A stretch of 36,574 bases of DNA from a virus (lineage: Duplodnaviria; Caudoviricetes): IMG/VR virus record IMGVR_UViG_3300011116_000453, positions 1 through 36,574 of that record, one strand, 5' to 3'. The position numbers and the translations under genes were made by a program. Under the pieces are notes generated by a model, which saw nothing but the letters and a program-made list of their open reading frames with translations, was not told the DNA's origin and did no database searches. Of the stretch, positions 36,092 to 36,574 are shown piece after piece; position 1 is the stretch's first letter; each line of letters opens with the position of its first letter.

Positions 36092-36574
36092 TCAACCAAC
36101 AAGGAAATTTGGAGGTTGCTGGTAGGTCGATACAATCAAATCTTCAACCTCTTTGACTTCGGTAACAGCTTCTTCATAAATTTGCTGCCCATTCATTGTG
36201 ATACCCCCAGGTAATTGCATACCACCAAACTTCTTCATATTGTTGCCCCACATTTTCTTGATATAAGCAGTGGCTAATCTTTTAAGCATTCTATCATTGT
36301 ATACTCTAGGATATGTGTTTGGATCAGCAATATAGAACTGTTCTATGATAACATACTCGCCGGGTGTATACATTGCCCAGTTCCAATCGATATAAAGCTT
36401 GTTTGTGTGTCTATTGAATCGAATAGGTTGTTCCCCTGAGAATAGCATATCAAGTGTTCGGAGATGCTGCATAGTCAGAGCATAGTTCACATATGAAGTT
36501 GATGTGAAGTCATATAGCTCATGAAGGCGCAACTGGTACCGAAGATCAAACATATTTACAGTAGAATTTGATGT
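36092..36574 (-). CDS. gp13: Neck protein, partial (start lies beyond the right edge)
   Basis: RFNRHTNKLYID, WG.N..KF.G.QLPGGIT.NG..IY.EA and PP...VG. The frame is open to the window edge. Confidence 0.92.
   Translation of the reverse strand, partial: TSNSTVNMFDLRYQLRLHELYDFTSTSYVNYALTMQHLRTLDMLFSGEQPIRFNRHTNKLYIDWNWAMYTPGEYVIIEQFYIADPNTYPRVYNDRMLKRLATAYIKKMWGNNMKKFGGMQLPGGITMNGQQIYEEAVTEVKEVEDLIVSTYQQPPNFLVG

Noticed and set aside
1-36574. CRISPR arrays, tRNAs, stop-codon reassignment
   Set aside because: No regularly spaced repeats or cloverleafs were seen. Core genes are full length in the standard code, and TAA, TGA and TAG all serve as stops.

Overview
This is a core segment of an AT-rich T4-like myovirus genome. 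The gene order (13-14-15-16-17-18-19-20-67-68-21-22-23-3-uvsY-uvsW-55-47-46, then glycosyltransferases and a CobT/CobS-like pair) resembles cyanomyophage/phiM12-type phages, and no gp24 follows gp23. Nearly all genes are on the minus strand. Mobile content is four free-standing homing endonuclease genes (Hef-like, two GIY-YIG, one HNH) and a 454-aa HNH intein in the portal gene. Regulatory signals include sigma70-type early promoters, T4-type late promoters (NNTAAATA) and two near-identical terminators. The most notable items are: (1) a ~57-nt structured leader, supported by compensatory base changes, in front of two unrelated endonuclease families (HNH and GIY-YIG); (2) an H-type pseudoknot filling the 5' UTR of a stand-alone tandem winged-HTH gene; (3) several proteins with T4 internal-protein capsid-targeting N-termini, including a putative nuclease and an ADP-ribosyltransferase; (4) an identically spaced GCAT-N7-ATGC operator cassette at two early promoters; (5) an antisense promoter upstream of gp55; (6) a malonyl-CoA-decarboxylase/GNAT-like gene inserted between the terminase genes with a flanking direct repeat. 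All calls come from motif recognition by eye; no database searches were run.
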